Shown here piece by piece: positions 26,041 through 38,919 of a stretch of DNA of 64,000 nucleotides (position 1 is its first letter; each line of letters opens with the position of its first letter). The position numbers were made by a program, and so were the translations under genes. The stretch spans positions 12,815,718-12,879,717 of the forward strand of contig NC_069004.1 in the NCBI RefSeq assembly GCF_001194135.2, written 5' to 3'. The stretch comes from Octopus bimaculoides. Taxonomy: Eukaryota. The notes beneath the pieces are model-generated. The model saw only the letters and a list, made by a program, of their open reading frames with translations, had not been told where the DNA came from and made no database searches.

Positions 26041-27342
26041 GTGTATGTGTCTCTTTCACGTTTGTCCGTCTATCATAATCATCATCACCAGTTTTATGGT
26101 CTTACATGGTAGCAGTAAGACTTCAACAAAGCTTAGTAGTTTAGTTTTATTCCATGTAGGAGTTACAGGAACAAACAAAAATCTTCATAGTTTTGTCACA
26201 TTTATTTATTTATTGAAAACGAAGTTCTTTTTGGGTTTTTTTATCCATGTTCCCATAGATTATGGTTACTCCTAGTGAAGAACCCCTGCTCTCGGGGGTT
26301 TGCAACACCTGCTGTGGTGATATCTTGTTGTTTAGCACCAATTCAATGTTGATCAAGTAGACCTATAATGACAGGCACTCCAATCGTGACCAATCCGTCT
26401 TCTATTGAAATCACTTTATATTTACGGCTACATTACACAATGTTTTCTTTTTTTTGTGTGTGTGGTAGTGGGATGGATGGGGGTATAAAGATATCACCAC
26501 GTATTTGGCTGTTGTTCCATACAGGCTGAACGACAATGTTCTTAGTGCTTGGAACCGAATACCTAGCGATATTTAATTACGGCCCTTCTGAGTTCAAATC
26601 CCGTCGAGGTCAGATTCAAGTATAGCTAAAATAGGCGATCTTTCGCTAAAGTACAGACAAGTATTGTAGTCGATACATATTTTTAGATGTGAATAGAATT
26701 AAATAGAAGCCGTATCATTACACAGAAGCTCCTCCTTTGGTTGATATCTGTCATATATTTCCGATGTTTTCTAATAAGCATGAAAACGGGGATGTTAGAA
26801 CGAACAGACGGTTATTAACCTTGGCTGTAAGTTTTACTACTTATTTTACTTAGGGTTGGGCTAGATCACAATATCTGAGCTGAATCTGGGAGTCACTCTT
26901 GATACTCGTCAAAGTTAATTCATTTCTTCTCAACGCCACCACCTCACTCTTTGGTGCTTTCAGTGGTTCCCATCAGGTGAAAGTATTCGATTCAGGTGTC
27001 TGGTTTAAGGACATTGTCCTCTCCTTCCCTCCCATCAGTTTTGGATGCCCTGCCAAGAGTCAGTAGTAGCTCTTCCCCATGTTTATCAGACAAAATGTAA
27101 TAAAATTTCGTATCTAACCGATTGCGATGTCTTTAAGTAATTCTGAACGATTCAAATTTAATTCTTTTTGTAAAGAGTAATTATTCGATAAACTTATTTT
27201 TGACTTGTAATTTTTGGTACAAAGTGAATTTTTATCATTTATAAAAAAATATTTCCTCTTAATTAATGAATTTAAAAATTGCTTAATTTCAAATATGAAA
27301 TTATCGTAAAACGTAAATGACAACAACAGAAAGAACTGAAGT

Positions 27343-27445
27343 TTCGAATCAAAATTCGAGCTTTTTATTGGTTGTTTGCGAGGTGGAGATGGTAGCGGTA
27401 GGAGGAAGTACAAACGATTGCTACTATTTGATTGGTCCATTCGAA
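27343..27445 (+). promoter_or_regulatory. Candidate CDK1 promoter: two inverted CCAAT boxes and two CHR-like TTCGAA elements
   Basis: ATTGG at 27367-27371 and 27431-27435; TTCGAA at 27343-27348 and 27440-27445; locally CpG-rich non-repeat sequence. NF-Y plus CHR is the known architecture of vertebrate G2/M promoters including CDK1. Confidence 0.45.
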
Positions 27446-27521
27446 CTTGCGTCTGTTTCACCGCCACACCGCTGTTGCTAAACACCCAGCATTTACAAAC
27501 TCGCATCTTGCTTTGCTTCAG
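27446..27521 (+). other. Candidate non-coding first exon of CDK1 (start approximate)
   Basis: Donor-like cag|gttggt at 27522. The ATG-bearing exon has a strong acceptor at 30615-30617, so an upstream UTR exon is expected, as in vertebrate CDK1. Confidence 0.4.
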
Positions 27522-27801
27522 GTTGGTGCCTTTCTCTTATTAATTATTTAATTAATATCTGCTAATAATAGTATTAATATTGATAACAAAAAGACACACG
27601 TTTAGAATGTTCGTTGCTATATATTTATATTACCCACACGTTTCTTCAAAGGATAAGGTTTTATATATTTAAACAAATTGTTTGAACAACAAATCGTTGC
27701 TTTCAAATATGGACTTTCTTTTTAATATACCGCACTGAATATGTAATATATATATATATATATTTATACACACAGACACCCACGGCTCAACAGAAAGTGT
27801 G

Positions 27802-27888
<87 letters not shown>

Positions 27889-30639
27889 TGTTCAACAGTA
27901 ATTTTAATATTTTTCATTAAGCTTCAAACCGTCCACTGGGTTCGAACTCCCAACTCCTGTAACCTCAGGAAGAGAGACAGACAGTCAGACAGAGATCAAA
28001 GATAATATTCAGTCTGTTTTCCACCTGACTTTATGTGAAATCTTCCGCATTATAGTTATTCGACGATATAATATGTTAACCATTGTGGTCTGTGTGGTGT
28101 TGACGACCATTTCACCAATATTAACTCATTTCTAAAATCTTATCAACTCTCCTATTTGTAATCCCTTATCTATTTCAGCTGGAGTCCACTGAAGTTTTAG
28201 CTATTTGAATCTTCAAACGGTTTTTTTTTTTTGTTATGGGATTTTGTTTCCTGCGTTCTCTTCTAATTTAATTAAAGAAAGAACAATAATGGTGCTTTTT
28301 GTATTTAAATCTCAATCAGTTTTAGTCGATGATCCACCGATTTCAAATTTGTCTTAATGAGATACAAGTCCCTCTTATCTGTGGAGTTGCCCCACCTGCC
28401 AGAAATAGCAGCAACAGCCAACTTACATAATTCCGTCTGAAATAGAGGAACACTTTGAATAGTGTGTTCCTAGATTTACAAACCGTCAAGTTGGTCAAGA
28501 CAGTCATTTGACTGAAGGCCTGCTTGATCGGGGCTGACGTCGGCTTAAATAACTGTAGGACGTTGAAACCCCTGTGTAGTCACTCGACCTGCTAGAAATT
28601 GCAGTAGCTAAATCTCCATCAAAGCACATCCTGTGGTCTTTAGTGTGAAATTTGTAGTTGTTTAGCCTCAGGCTGGTTCTCATTGAACAGTTTCGTGATC
28701 AAAAGCGCTGCAGCCATGACCAACCCATCTTTGGGACTACATCGTTATAATGTAGTCTTTCTTTAAAATAGTAGAGTACAATTTGGCTGGTATTCCTAGG
28801 AGGTCGAGCAATGTATTTCATTGAATATCTATTTTATTGATCTGTGGGTGTTTAAATATTTCATGGAAATATTCTGGTGACTTTTTAAAAATCCTTCCTG
28901 CTATCAGTATTTTATTTTAATGTTACCTCTTTGGACAAAGATTGTATGGAATCTCGAAACTCATCTTTTTACTTCTGACACCTTAATCTTGAGGTTTTGT
29001 GACCGCTTAACCCTCTTTTAAACCCTTTTGCTTAAGGTAACGCTTTTATTTCGCCAACAGAAAAAATATAAATTCCACAGTTGAATCACTTCTGCCTTTT
29101 AATGTGTTTTTACGATACAGACTATTATTTGAGGTCAGTTTTACTATTTAGAGAAGCTTGCAGCATAAGTTTTAAAGAATTATCCTAAATTTCCGGCCAT
29201 GTACCTGCTTCAATCTTCATAATTTCATCATCATCGTTTAAAGTCTGTTTTCCATGCTGGCATGGGTTGGACGGTTTGACTGAGGTCTGGAGAACCAGCG
29301 ACTGCACCAGACTCCAATCTGATCTGGCAATGTTTCTACAGCTGGATGCCCTTCCTAACTACAACCACTTTACAGACTGTACTGGATGCTTTTACGCAGT
29401 ACCGGCACGGTTACGTTTACGTGGTACCAGCATCCACAAGCCTGCTAGATTAGGAATGTTCAGCTAGAGAGGGATTCAGGTGACAAACCTGCATGGAAGG
29501 GCAACCAGACTTAGCTTAGCGTGTTTTTTCAAGCACACCAAACCGACAGGAGTCTCGGTCCCCCGTCATCCCCTCTTTTTCAAAGGATACATTATATAAT
29601 ATAGTTCTGGCCACACTGCCCCTGATGAAAGACTGGTGCTGATTAAAATCTCTTCAACACCACGCGCTAACCCCCCTCGAATGCACCCCCTCCCCAGGTC
29701 TTCTACAACCAACTTCTCTAAGTCGCTTGAGGTGTAGAGTAGCGTCGACAAAGTGAAACCTTTTGCATTGCAAAGCGTTTGTCACTTGCATGTATTGATG
29801 GTTATGTTTTTCTATATTTTTCTCCCCATCAACACATTTATGCTTATTAAAGCAAATTTTGAAAATGTATGATTTTTTTTCTTCAATCCTCTCCCCGTTG
29901 TTTTTCTCTATGATTTTAAAATATTGGAAAACCTGAAGTCATTGCTGAGGTTTTACCCACAGTGATTTAAAAGCATCAATATACGTGAGAGTGACAAAAG
30001 AAACGAATGATGTGCTAGAGGAAGGTCGTGGGATGTGTTAGAAACAACAGTCAGATCTCCCTTTAATCACACATTTTTTCGCCCGAAAATATCTACAGAA
30101 TTGTTTTTTTTTTTTTTAAAGTGCATAGTGCCCCAAAAATCGACCAGTCGGTTCGGAGGGGGAGGTGAAAAAAATCAATTTTCAAAAAACATTTTTTCTA
30201 TAAGATGATTCCCCCCATCATTTTGAACGCCGTGGTGAAAAAAATCTTGCAAAAAAAAAATCTCCTATCCTCCACTAGGGGGTTACCATATTTTTACTAA
30301 ATTATATAAAATATATATTATGATATTATATATATTGTTCATTTAATGCCCATTTTCTATGCTAATATGAGAAGTTAATTGACTCTTTTACCTGTTTAAG
30401 GTAAAAGATTTTTTTTTTTCAAAGGTGCAACAGGAAGTGCATCTAACCTTAGAAAAACCTGCCTCAATGGATTTCATCTAACTCTTGCAAACATGGGAAT
30501 GTGGTAATCTGTCAGATCAGAAGCTACTTTAAACGCTTTTGTTTAGTGAAATGGAATGTTGATTTAGTTTTTGGTCAGAACCAAATGAGTTTAATTTTAT
30601 TTTTTTAATCTTTTCAGGTAAATCTCCATTTAGTTAAAA

Positions 30640-30688
30640 ATGCCTGGGAATATGGATGATTATTTGAAGATAGAGAAGATAGGTGAAG
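30640..30688 (+). CDS. CDK1: CDK1 coding exon 1 ([16 protein letters not shown])
   Basis: Exon opens at acceptor tttcag|30618; ATGs at 30640 and 30652; donor gtaagt at 30689. Confidence 0.93.
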
Positions 30689-33600
30689 GTAAGTATCATA
30701 GTGTTTGTTTACTGAGGTCTCTAGCACGCTGTGACCCCAAAACCTATAACTGAATAAAGTCTTCAGAATTAGCAGTTGTTGATGTAAAATGTGATGGGGA
30801 GAGGGCTAGTGATGTTTGTGGCATTAATCAGTGGTGGTGGTCATAGAACAATAAACTTTTTAGTGACTTGCACGCTCATATTGCATTCTTTGTACTTTCC
30901 AAAGATGTCAATTGTTTGATCTTATAATTATCTCCCTTGTGTGTTTTTTTTTTTAGATCACTGGTTCTCAGCCAGGATGCATATAAGATTTTTTGTTAAA
31001 ATTTAAGAGCAATAAATTGCTTATAATCCTACAATACATCAAATATTTTAACAATTTTTTAAAAATACAATTCCTAATGATATTTAATAATAAAAATATA
31101 ACAGGATTTTTTAAACATAATCTAGCTATGAGGGTTTGCTGGAGTAAAATAACTATTAAGGGTGGGGGCGGGCATAGATAAAATGGTTGAATACCATTGT
31201 TTTAGATCTTGAGCAGCCTTAGAATTTCTAACTAATTGCATGAATAATTTCATTTAATTAAAGATTATCAACTAAGAATATCACACATCCTGCAGTGTCT
31301 CACTACAAGTGTTTGCTAATAAATTTTATCCCAATCTGTTATTAGTTCATGTTATGCTGTCCTCCCAAATATCTTGGTGAATTGTTAGTCCATAAAATCC
31401 TACCACCACCACATGTCCAAGTATATCACTAATCTGTTATGTCACCTCATTCCTAGTATCTCTGTATATTGTTAGTCTGTTACGTCACCTCCAAATAATT
31501 TGATAAAAGTTTAAATTGATGTTTGCGTTAGGAACCATTTTAGCACTTTTTAATTGGTTCTGTTTAATGGCAGTGTTCTCATGCAAAATACAGACATGTT
31601 TATTATTTGGTCAAACTTATGGCCTGTATGTCCTTTTTGGTCTAAGACCTTTTTGATATATATATTTTGCACTCATTTACCCAAGTTGTTAGATTGTTTT
31701 TTATTCAAGAAAAAAATTGTTAAATCATTTCCCTTCTGTTCTTTGCATGTGTTTTTGAAAAGAATCTAATGATAATTAATGAGAAAATTGCTTTATCCTA
31801 CAAGCTGAATAATTGGTCAAGTGACTAAAGCGTTTAAAGGGTGATAGTGATTAAGAACCTGTAATATCCATTCTGGTATCATTGCATGTCTCTTCTTTCC
31901 TCACACACTCTAGGGGTTACTATCAGGCTTGCAATCTTAAGTTTTATTTCTCATGTTTCCTTCCATTATTTTGAGTGTCTCTTTTTTCCTTTTCTTTTTT
32001 TAAAATTTTTCCCCTCCTTTACCTTCTCCTCACAGGTACCTATGGTGTTGTGTATAAAGGACGCCATAAAAGAACAAATCGGATTGTTGCATTGAAGAAA
32101 ATTCGGTTAGAGAGCGAAGAAGAAGGAATACCATCGACAGCTATCAGAGAAATCTCATTTTTGAGAGAAATGGTACATGACAATATTGTTAGGTGAGCAT
32201 TTTAGTTGGGTTGAGTTATAGGGAGCATGCTATTGAGGGCACATGACTTGATGGTTAGGGTATTTGATTCATGATTGCAAGGTCAGGAGTTTGATTCCCA
32301 GCAGTACAGTGTGTCCTTGAGTAAGACACTTTATTTCACATTGCTCTAGTTCACTACTCTGCAACCTTTTCTCACTTTTCAAAATTCAGCAGTACACCTG
32401 AGCTAAAAATATAACAATAAGTATAGGGGGAAAATTCTTACTGCAGCATACCTAGCATTGTCTCGTGGCACACGTGTGCCATCGCATATGGTTGCAGAGC
32501 ACTGCTCTAGTCCACTCAGCTGGCAAAAATGAGGTGTACTTGTATTCCAAAGGGCCAATGTTGTCATTTTTTGTCACATTGAATTTCCCTGAGAACTACA
32601 TTAAGGGTACACATATCAGTGGAGTGCTCAGCCACTTGCACATTAATTTCTTGATCTGATCAATTGGAACCCTCATCATTGTAAATAACACACAGTGCCA
32701 GCAATGCATTGAAGTATCAGTAATGGATCTAGCTGGACTTCTGGTGGCTATTTTTTAATGCCTTTTATAAATATTTTTTTTAATTATTAAAAACTTGAAT
32801 CTTCAAATTTTAGGCTTTTATGAACCATTTTTCAGTTTTGAGAAAAACATTTTTACTCCTAATTATTCAATGATTTAAGTCATTAAAACTTTTTTAAAAT
32901 TCTTTCTGACTATTTTTGTAAATCCTGCTAAGGTTCCAAAGAGTTTTAACAGACACAAAGTTCATTTCTATTGCCATTAACAATAAATTTCTCCAATAGC
33001 TGTTGACAGCCAAATGATATCACCAATTCTAACTTTGCTTGAATTATTCTCTCTTTACAATTGTCTACAATTTAAATCATTTGTGAATTATTAAAATAAT
33101 TTATTTTCAGTTTAGAAGATGTCTTGATGCAAGAAGGAAAATTATATCTTGTCTTTGAATATTTGTCAATGGATCTGAAGAAATATATGGACTCTATACC
33201 AAGTGGAAAGTACATGGACACTAAACTTGTAAAGGTATATTCTTTTATTGATTTTCATGATTTTGCACATATCAGGCAGCACTCCAGTTATCGTCGTCCT
33301 TTAAGGTCCATTTTCCATGCTGGTATGGGTTAGATGGTTTGACTAGGGCTGGTAAACCAGAGAGCTGCATCAGGCTCCACTCATCTGTTTTAGCTTGGTT
33401 TCTATGGTTGGATGCTCTTCCTAGTGCCAACCACTTCAAAGGGTGTACTGGATGCCTTTTACATGGCACTGGCAATGACCATGATTCACAGCAAATCACC
33501 AGGTCTTGGATAAACTGCTTTCCAGACTTTCATTATTGAAGATAGCTTTATACTGTTGTGATTGATATAAGAGTGCTTGAGTAGAATTGTTTTTTCTTTT

Positions 33601-36600
33601 TTTAAATTCTGCACATGATGTCCATCTCATTATTCAAAATAGAACCCTCTCAATCCCACATTTATTCATTTTTGGCTTACCTCAAGGTTCCATTATGTCT
33701 CCCACACCATATCTAATCTACATCAAAGACCGGCTCACTGTTATCACTATCTGCTCCTGTGCACATCATACTCTTCATTGCCATCATTCTCACCTAGCCA
33801 ACACACCTCCGACTAGACCCAGACACTACATCCATCAAGCAAACAGCACTACATCTGTCCTTTTCATAAGCAACTCACTGCTAAAACTTCTCTTTATAAA
33901 TATTAAACCCGCATAACCTTCCATAATGAATACATGGACAACATAGTTATGAGTGAAACTAGGCTGCTGTCTCTTTATGACTAGAAACTAGTTTTACTGT
34001 GAATAGTTGCTGAGCATTATACAAACCCTCAAATATGTTCCACTTGGAATACACCTCGTATATCACAGACAGTACAAGAACTGCTGAATCATCCAACACA
34101 TGGCTTATTTGACCAATGGCTAGACCTTGTGAATATCCTATAATCGCCGGCAAGCTGTCTTTTCTGTAACAGTATCTTCTTCAAACTAGCATGTCTCCAT
34201 CTAAAACCACACAATGTACTTCGTTCCCCTCCCCCACTTGTACTTCGAGACTCTTTCTACACAATGCTTCCTTTCCGGAATGATTATACAAGAGACAGGA
34301 AGCATCTGTTAGTGGGTTAATGAGTGAAGGAGAAGTCATTGGTATGAGGAGCAGAGAATGATTGCATATGAACCGATGCACCTGTCTCAAATAAAGGAGT
34401 AGTACTCTAATGTAGAGTACAGTTGTACTCTGTATATGGTTAGAACGTCTTAAGAGCCAAAGTATTTACTTATGATTTAACCATATCGTTCTAACTATAA
34501 TCCTGTAATTGTTCAGGGCAGGTTCTACTTGTGATATCCATAAGTAAAGAATATATACTTTTGTTGTTGTCCTGAATTATATAGTATGTTTATGGTGTTG
34601 AAGGAAATGAAGTTGTTACATCTCCATTACAAGTTGTTTTCTGAGTTCCTTTTATTCCTTCCTGTGGCTGAAGTAAAATATAGCATCTTATCCAGTTACA
34701 TGTAGCACTAAGTTATTAATGTAGAAGAGGAGGAGTACCATGGGCTTTTTTTTTAAATATTAGTAGCTATCGTTATTTATCATGGCTGGCAGAATCATTA
34801 GCATGCCAAGCAAAGTGCTTGGTGGCATTCAAATTCTACCAAGGTTAACTTTTCCTTTCATCCTTTCAGGGTCAATAAAACAAGTACCAGTTGAACACTT
34901 GGGGGGGGGGGATGTTATCGACTTACCCCCTCCCCCCAAAATTGTTGACCTTGTGCCAAAATTTGTAGCCATTATTAAGACATTGAGCTGGCAGAATCAT
35001 TAGTGTCAGACACTGTGACTAACAGTATTTCTTCTGATTCATTATATTCAGAGTTCAAATTCAGCTATGGTCAACTTTGTCTTTCATCCCTCTAGTGCGG
35101 TCAATAAAATAAAAGTACCAGTAAAATGGCAAGCCGAGAGAATTGTTAGCATGGAGGGGAAATTGCTTAGCGGCATTTCATCCATCTTTATGTTCTGAGT
35201 TCAAATTCTGCTGAGGTTGACTTTGTCTTTTACCTTTTCAGGGTCAATAAAATAAGTATCAGGTGAGCACTAGGGTTGATGTAATCAACTTACCCCCTCT
35301 CCCAAAATTGCTGGCCATGTGCCAAAATTCGAAAACATTATTATTGTTATTAGAGTAGTTTGGATGGTAGGATTGTAGTATGTTAAATATTTTGTGTTAT
35401 TTGTATTTCAACTTATTGGTTTGCAGAGTTACCTTCATCAAATTCTGCAAGGAATTCTCTACTGTCACCAGCGCCGACTCCTTCATCGTGATCTGAAACC
35501 CCAGAATTTACTTATTGATACATCTGGAACTATTAAATTGGCTGACTTTGGTTTAGCCAGAGCATTTGGTATTCCTTGCCGTGCTTACACTCATGAAGTA
35601 AGTTGGGTTTTTGTTTTTTTACGCATTTATTTTTTAACATTTTTATGATCTTCTGGAAGTTTCATTTTTCTTGACCTCTTACTACCAAATAAATGCAGTT
35701 AATTACTAACATTTCATGGAGTTGTCTAACAAGCAAAAAGGTTTTCTTATTCAAAGAATTAGATCTTTCATTCAGTTAACTGCTCAAATATCAACCACAA
35801 ACTTCATCTAGAAAGTTAATTAACCCTTTTGCATTCAGATTACTCTATCAAATGTAAAGCTTATTTATTCACATTGTTTTTGAATAAATTATGCATTATC
35901 TTATAGTGTTGAGGTTTTGATGATTATTTTTAGAATAACAGTGTAGGGTAGATGTGAGGAGTCAGATCTGGCCAGTTTTAAAATTAGATAAAGTATTTGG
36001 GTTGGATATGGCTGGTTAAAATGCTAAACAGTTAATGATTGCTTTATCTCATTTCTATTGAGGGAGTGAGGCTGTCTTTATTCCATAAAAGTATTTGAAT
36101 TGTTTTTTTTTTTTTGTTAGGTTGTTACTTTGTGGTATCGTGCCCCAGAAATCCTACTTGGTTATCAACGCTATTCCACAGCCTTAGACATTTGGAGTAT
36201 TGGTTGTATATTTGCTGAGATGGTAACAAAACGACCTCTTTTTAATGGTGACTCTGAAATTGACCAGTTATTCAGAATATTTAGGTAACTTTTCTCTTTT
36301 CCTCCTTTTATAATATTACTTTCATTCTAGCAAAGTTTCTACGAGTTCTTGATATTTCAGTTGGTTGGATTATTGAGATATTGGATCAACTATTTCTCAT
36401 GTTTTGATGATTTATATATCACAATTTACAATGGACTAGTCCTCCTGACTGGTCCATTGGTAGAATTCTCAAGTGCAATGTTAATATGGCTGGATATTCC
36501 TCGGTCAGTTTGGAGTGATAGCTACATCTGAGAGATGTTGTCTTAAAGAATGGTATAGTGGTTGTGCATTTGGCACAGGTGGTAGAAATGGTTTAGTCAT

Positions 36601-38243
36601 TTATTACTGCCTTTATTTACAGCATAACATCTGGGACATACACATTCTAAAATATTTGCAGCATTTTTCCTACAACACCATTGATAACATTAGCTGATTT
36701 ACCTTTTATTGTATTTTGTGAATACATTAATTCATGAATGTAATCTTAAAATTTCCTAACCAGCTCTGTCAAGTGATAAACAATACAAGAAGGTTGTCAT
36801 GCTGAAATATTCATTGACAACCTGGTTATTATTGTGGCTACTTGAGTCCTGAGTAAGAGGAAGACAAACCAAACAACTAGATATCACTCACAGATCTGCT
36901 GTTCCTCTGTAGCTGAGAGCTATTTACTTCATGCTTCAACATGTTGAATTGTGTAGCATGGTTTGTAACACTGGATATTATTTTATTTTCAAATGTGCAA
37001 ATTCACTAGATAATACTTTGGTTGTTATGTTGAAATATTCATTGATAACCTAGTTATCTAGAGCAGGGGTTTTCAAACTTTTTGACTTGCGGACTCCTTT
37101 ATATTTCAGGCTTTACCTTATGAAATTTATACGTGAATATTTGCTTAAAATAACATATATTTTTACATTTATTTATTTAACAGTATTTAACAAATAGGTT
37201 TATTGTCAATTAAAAGATTTCGATTAAAAAACATATATAAAATTAAATTGCCCATAAAAAGTATTTGCTGTCCACGGACCCCCCCCCCCCTGTCTTGTCC
37301 TTGCGGACCACAGTTTGAAAACCACTGATCTAGAGAATAACTTAGAGAAAGACAACCAAAAACAACTAGATGTCACTCACAGATCTTTTGTTTCTCTTAA
37401 CCTGTTCCTCAGTAGCTGAGAGCTATTACTGTGCACTTCAACATGTTGAATTGTATAGCATGCTATGTAACATTAAATATTGCTTAATTTGAATTTTCAC
37501 TAAATAACACTTAGGTAGAGGCATTGTTGCTTGGTTAAGACATTTGGTTTACAACCATGTGGTTTTAGGTTTGATCTCACTCTGTGACACCTTGGGCAAC
37601 TATAATCTCAGGTTGGCCAATACTTTAGAAGTAAAATTTGATAGACAGAAACAGTATGGTAGCCTGTTACGTATTTATAATGTGTGGTTTTTATTTCTTC
37701 TGTGCCATCACATTAACATTGCTCATAAAGAATGGTGAAATACAATATCTTGAAAATACATGATGCCTGGTATCGGGAACTGGCTATAGGATATTGTCTC
37801 CTCCAAGTCATGTCTGCATGAAATGAATAGGGAAAAAAAATGTAAAAACAATGAGTGTTTTTCAGTTCTGTTACTAACCATTCAAATGTGAAGTGGAGGT
37901 TGTCTTCTAAGTCACACAATTCATCATCATCATCATTTGCCTGTCTTCCATGTTGGCATGAGTTGGACAGTGTGGCAAACCGTAGGGCTGCACCAGGCTT
38001 TATTTTTCAATGGCTGTTACAAGGCTGTAGCCTGAGGTTTAATTTAAGCTATTATCTTTTACTTGTTTCAGTCATTTGATTGTGGCCATTCTGGGGCACC
38101 ACCTTGAAGTATTTTTTACACGTATGACTTGACCCCAGTATTTATTTTAAGCCTGGTACTTGTTCTATCCGTCTCTGTTGCCGAACCGCCAAGCTACACA
38201 GATGTAAAGATGCCAACATCAGTTGTCAAGCAGTGGTGGGGGA

Positions 38244-38286
<43 letters not shown>

Positions 38287-38882
38287 ATACAATGGGCTTC
38301 TTCCAGTTTCCATCTACCAAATCCACTCACAAAGTTTTGGTCAACCAAGACTATAGTAAAAGACACTTGCCCAAGATGCCTTGCAGTGGGACTGAACCCA
38401 AAACCATGTGGTTGGGGAGCAAGCTTCTTACCACACAGCCACACTTGCACTTAATAGATATGATGTTCATGCTTTTTTTTTTATTATTATGCAGGACTTT
38501 ATCAACCCCAAATGAAGAATCTTGGCCTGGAGTAACAAATTTCCCAGATTACAAAGCATCTTTCCCACAGTGGAAAGTCAACAATTTGGAAACAGCTGTT
38601 AAAACTGATGTTGCCATGGAGTCTGCTGGTCTTGATTTGTTACAGGTCAGTGTGCAATGAGATTTTCTTTGATGATGTATTTTTGTTGGCGTGATTAAGA
38701 TTGGATCAAAGTCAATGACAGCAAGAGTTGCCGTTCTTTCTTTGGCTACACATGAAGTAATACATTGAACCTCAGTTTTTCTACCAAAATATTGTCTGCA
38801 CCGTAGAGATAGTTTCCCTGACAGACCAACAAGGTTAAGCTTCTCACTAACAGTGAACTTAAAGTATCTCTGTATGTATGTA

Positions 38883-38919
<37 letters not shown>

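Noticed and set aside
12512-27340. Additional gene between MGAT5 and CDK1
   Set aside because: I found no chain of phase-compatible exons on either strand; the content is explained by repeats and microsatellites. Short divergent exons could have been missed.
30118-30525. Kolobok-like element (TTAA-AG start)
   Set aside because: Only about 7 bp of terminal match at the putative other end; boundaries unsupported.
36860-36975. H/ACA snoRNA in a CDK1 intron
   Set aside because: Two hairpins and a terminal ACA are present but there is no ANANNA hinge in either copy; kept only as a structured duplication.
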